Assembly (NCBI GenBank): GCA_046757665.1
Contig: JBHHYO010000057.1
Location: 1 to 17,787, forward strand
Direction: 5' to 3'
Length of the DNA stretch: 17,787 nt
From: Nitrospinales bacterium
GTDB taxonomy: Bacteria; Nitrospinota; Nitrospinia; Nitrospinales; JAJDAT01
Positions 17,448 to 17,787 of this stretch are shown one piece after another. The stretch's first letter is position 1, and each line of letters starts with the position of its first letter. The notes under the pieces are model-generated. The model was given only the letters and a program-made list of their open reading frames with translations. It was not told the origin of the DNA and ran no database searches. A program made the translations under genes and the position numbers.

Positions 17448-17709
17448 GCGCCGTCTTTCCATTGAGATCACCCCGGAACAGCATCAACGTCTCAAAGCCG
17501 TGGCCGCACTCGCCGGTAAAAGCATCAAGGACTATGTTCTGGAACGGGCCTTGCCGCCTCTTCCCGACAGGGACTCTTTGTCTGAAGAAGAGGCCTTGCA
17601 AAAACTGGAGGAGTTTCTGAAACCCCGTATCGAGGCGGCGGAGCGCGGGAAAACGTCTTCCCGGTCCGCCCGCCGGATTTTTAAGGATGTCCGGCGGAAA
17701 CCGAAATAA
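17446..17709 (+). CDS. Ribbon-helix-helix antitoxin (ParD/DUF1778-like)
   Basis: MRRLSIEITPEQHQRLKAVAALAGKSIKDYVLER RHH N-terminus, 87 aa, RBS AAGGAG. TAATG-coupled to the toxin gene. Confidence 0.85.
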   Translation: MRRLSIEITPEQHQRLKAVAALAGKSIKDYVLERALPPLPDRDSLSEEEALQKLEEFLKPRIEAAERGKTSSRSARRIFKDVRRKPK

Positions 17710-17787
17710 TGCCGCTTTACGAATTAACGGAGGATGCGGATTCCGATCTGGAGGCAATCGTCCGGTACACCATCAGGGAGTGGGGGA
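17709..17787 (+). CDS. parE: ParE/RelE-family toxin, 5' part (runs off the window)
   Basis: ATG 17709 reads MPLYELTEDADSDLEAIVRYTIREWG, the typical ParE start (Y.LT..A..DL..I..YT...WG). Confidence 0.8.
   Translation, partial: MPLYELTEDADSDLEAIVRYTIREWG

Overview
Mostly housekeeping chromosome from a GC-rich Gram-negative bacterium. Gene content and style would fit Nitrospinota or a Deltaproteobacteria-like lineage, but that is inference only. Both ends carry accessory DNA. Left end: an IS-like terminal repeat, an AT-rich 5'-truncated HEPN/AbiU2-like ORF, a diverged copy of the mrdA 3' end, a REP/MITE-like palindrome and a DUF2283-like remnant. Core blocks: mreB-mreC-mreD-mrdA (minus strand, no rodA after it); divergent ppiD/SurA-type chaperone; a minus-strand operon of fis-like, stand-alone GlmU N-terminal domain, archaeal-type GlmU-like protein with altered catalytic motifs, divergent glmS and a thiD-thiN fusion; and a plus-strand operon mtaB - DUF62 SAM hydrolase - smpB. 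Right end: a terminator, a MITE/REP-like element, an NrtS-like membrane domain + PAS-like + degenerate HD-GYP protein, and a ParD-like/ParE toxin-antitoxin pair cut off by the window edge. Best leads: (1) the split/pseudo-enzyme GlmU arrangement, (2) the NrtS-HD-GYP fusion as a possible nitrate/nitrite-responsive signalling protein, (3) the att-like duplication of the mrdA 3' end.
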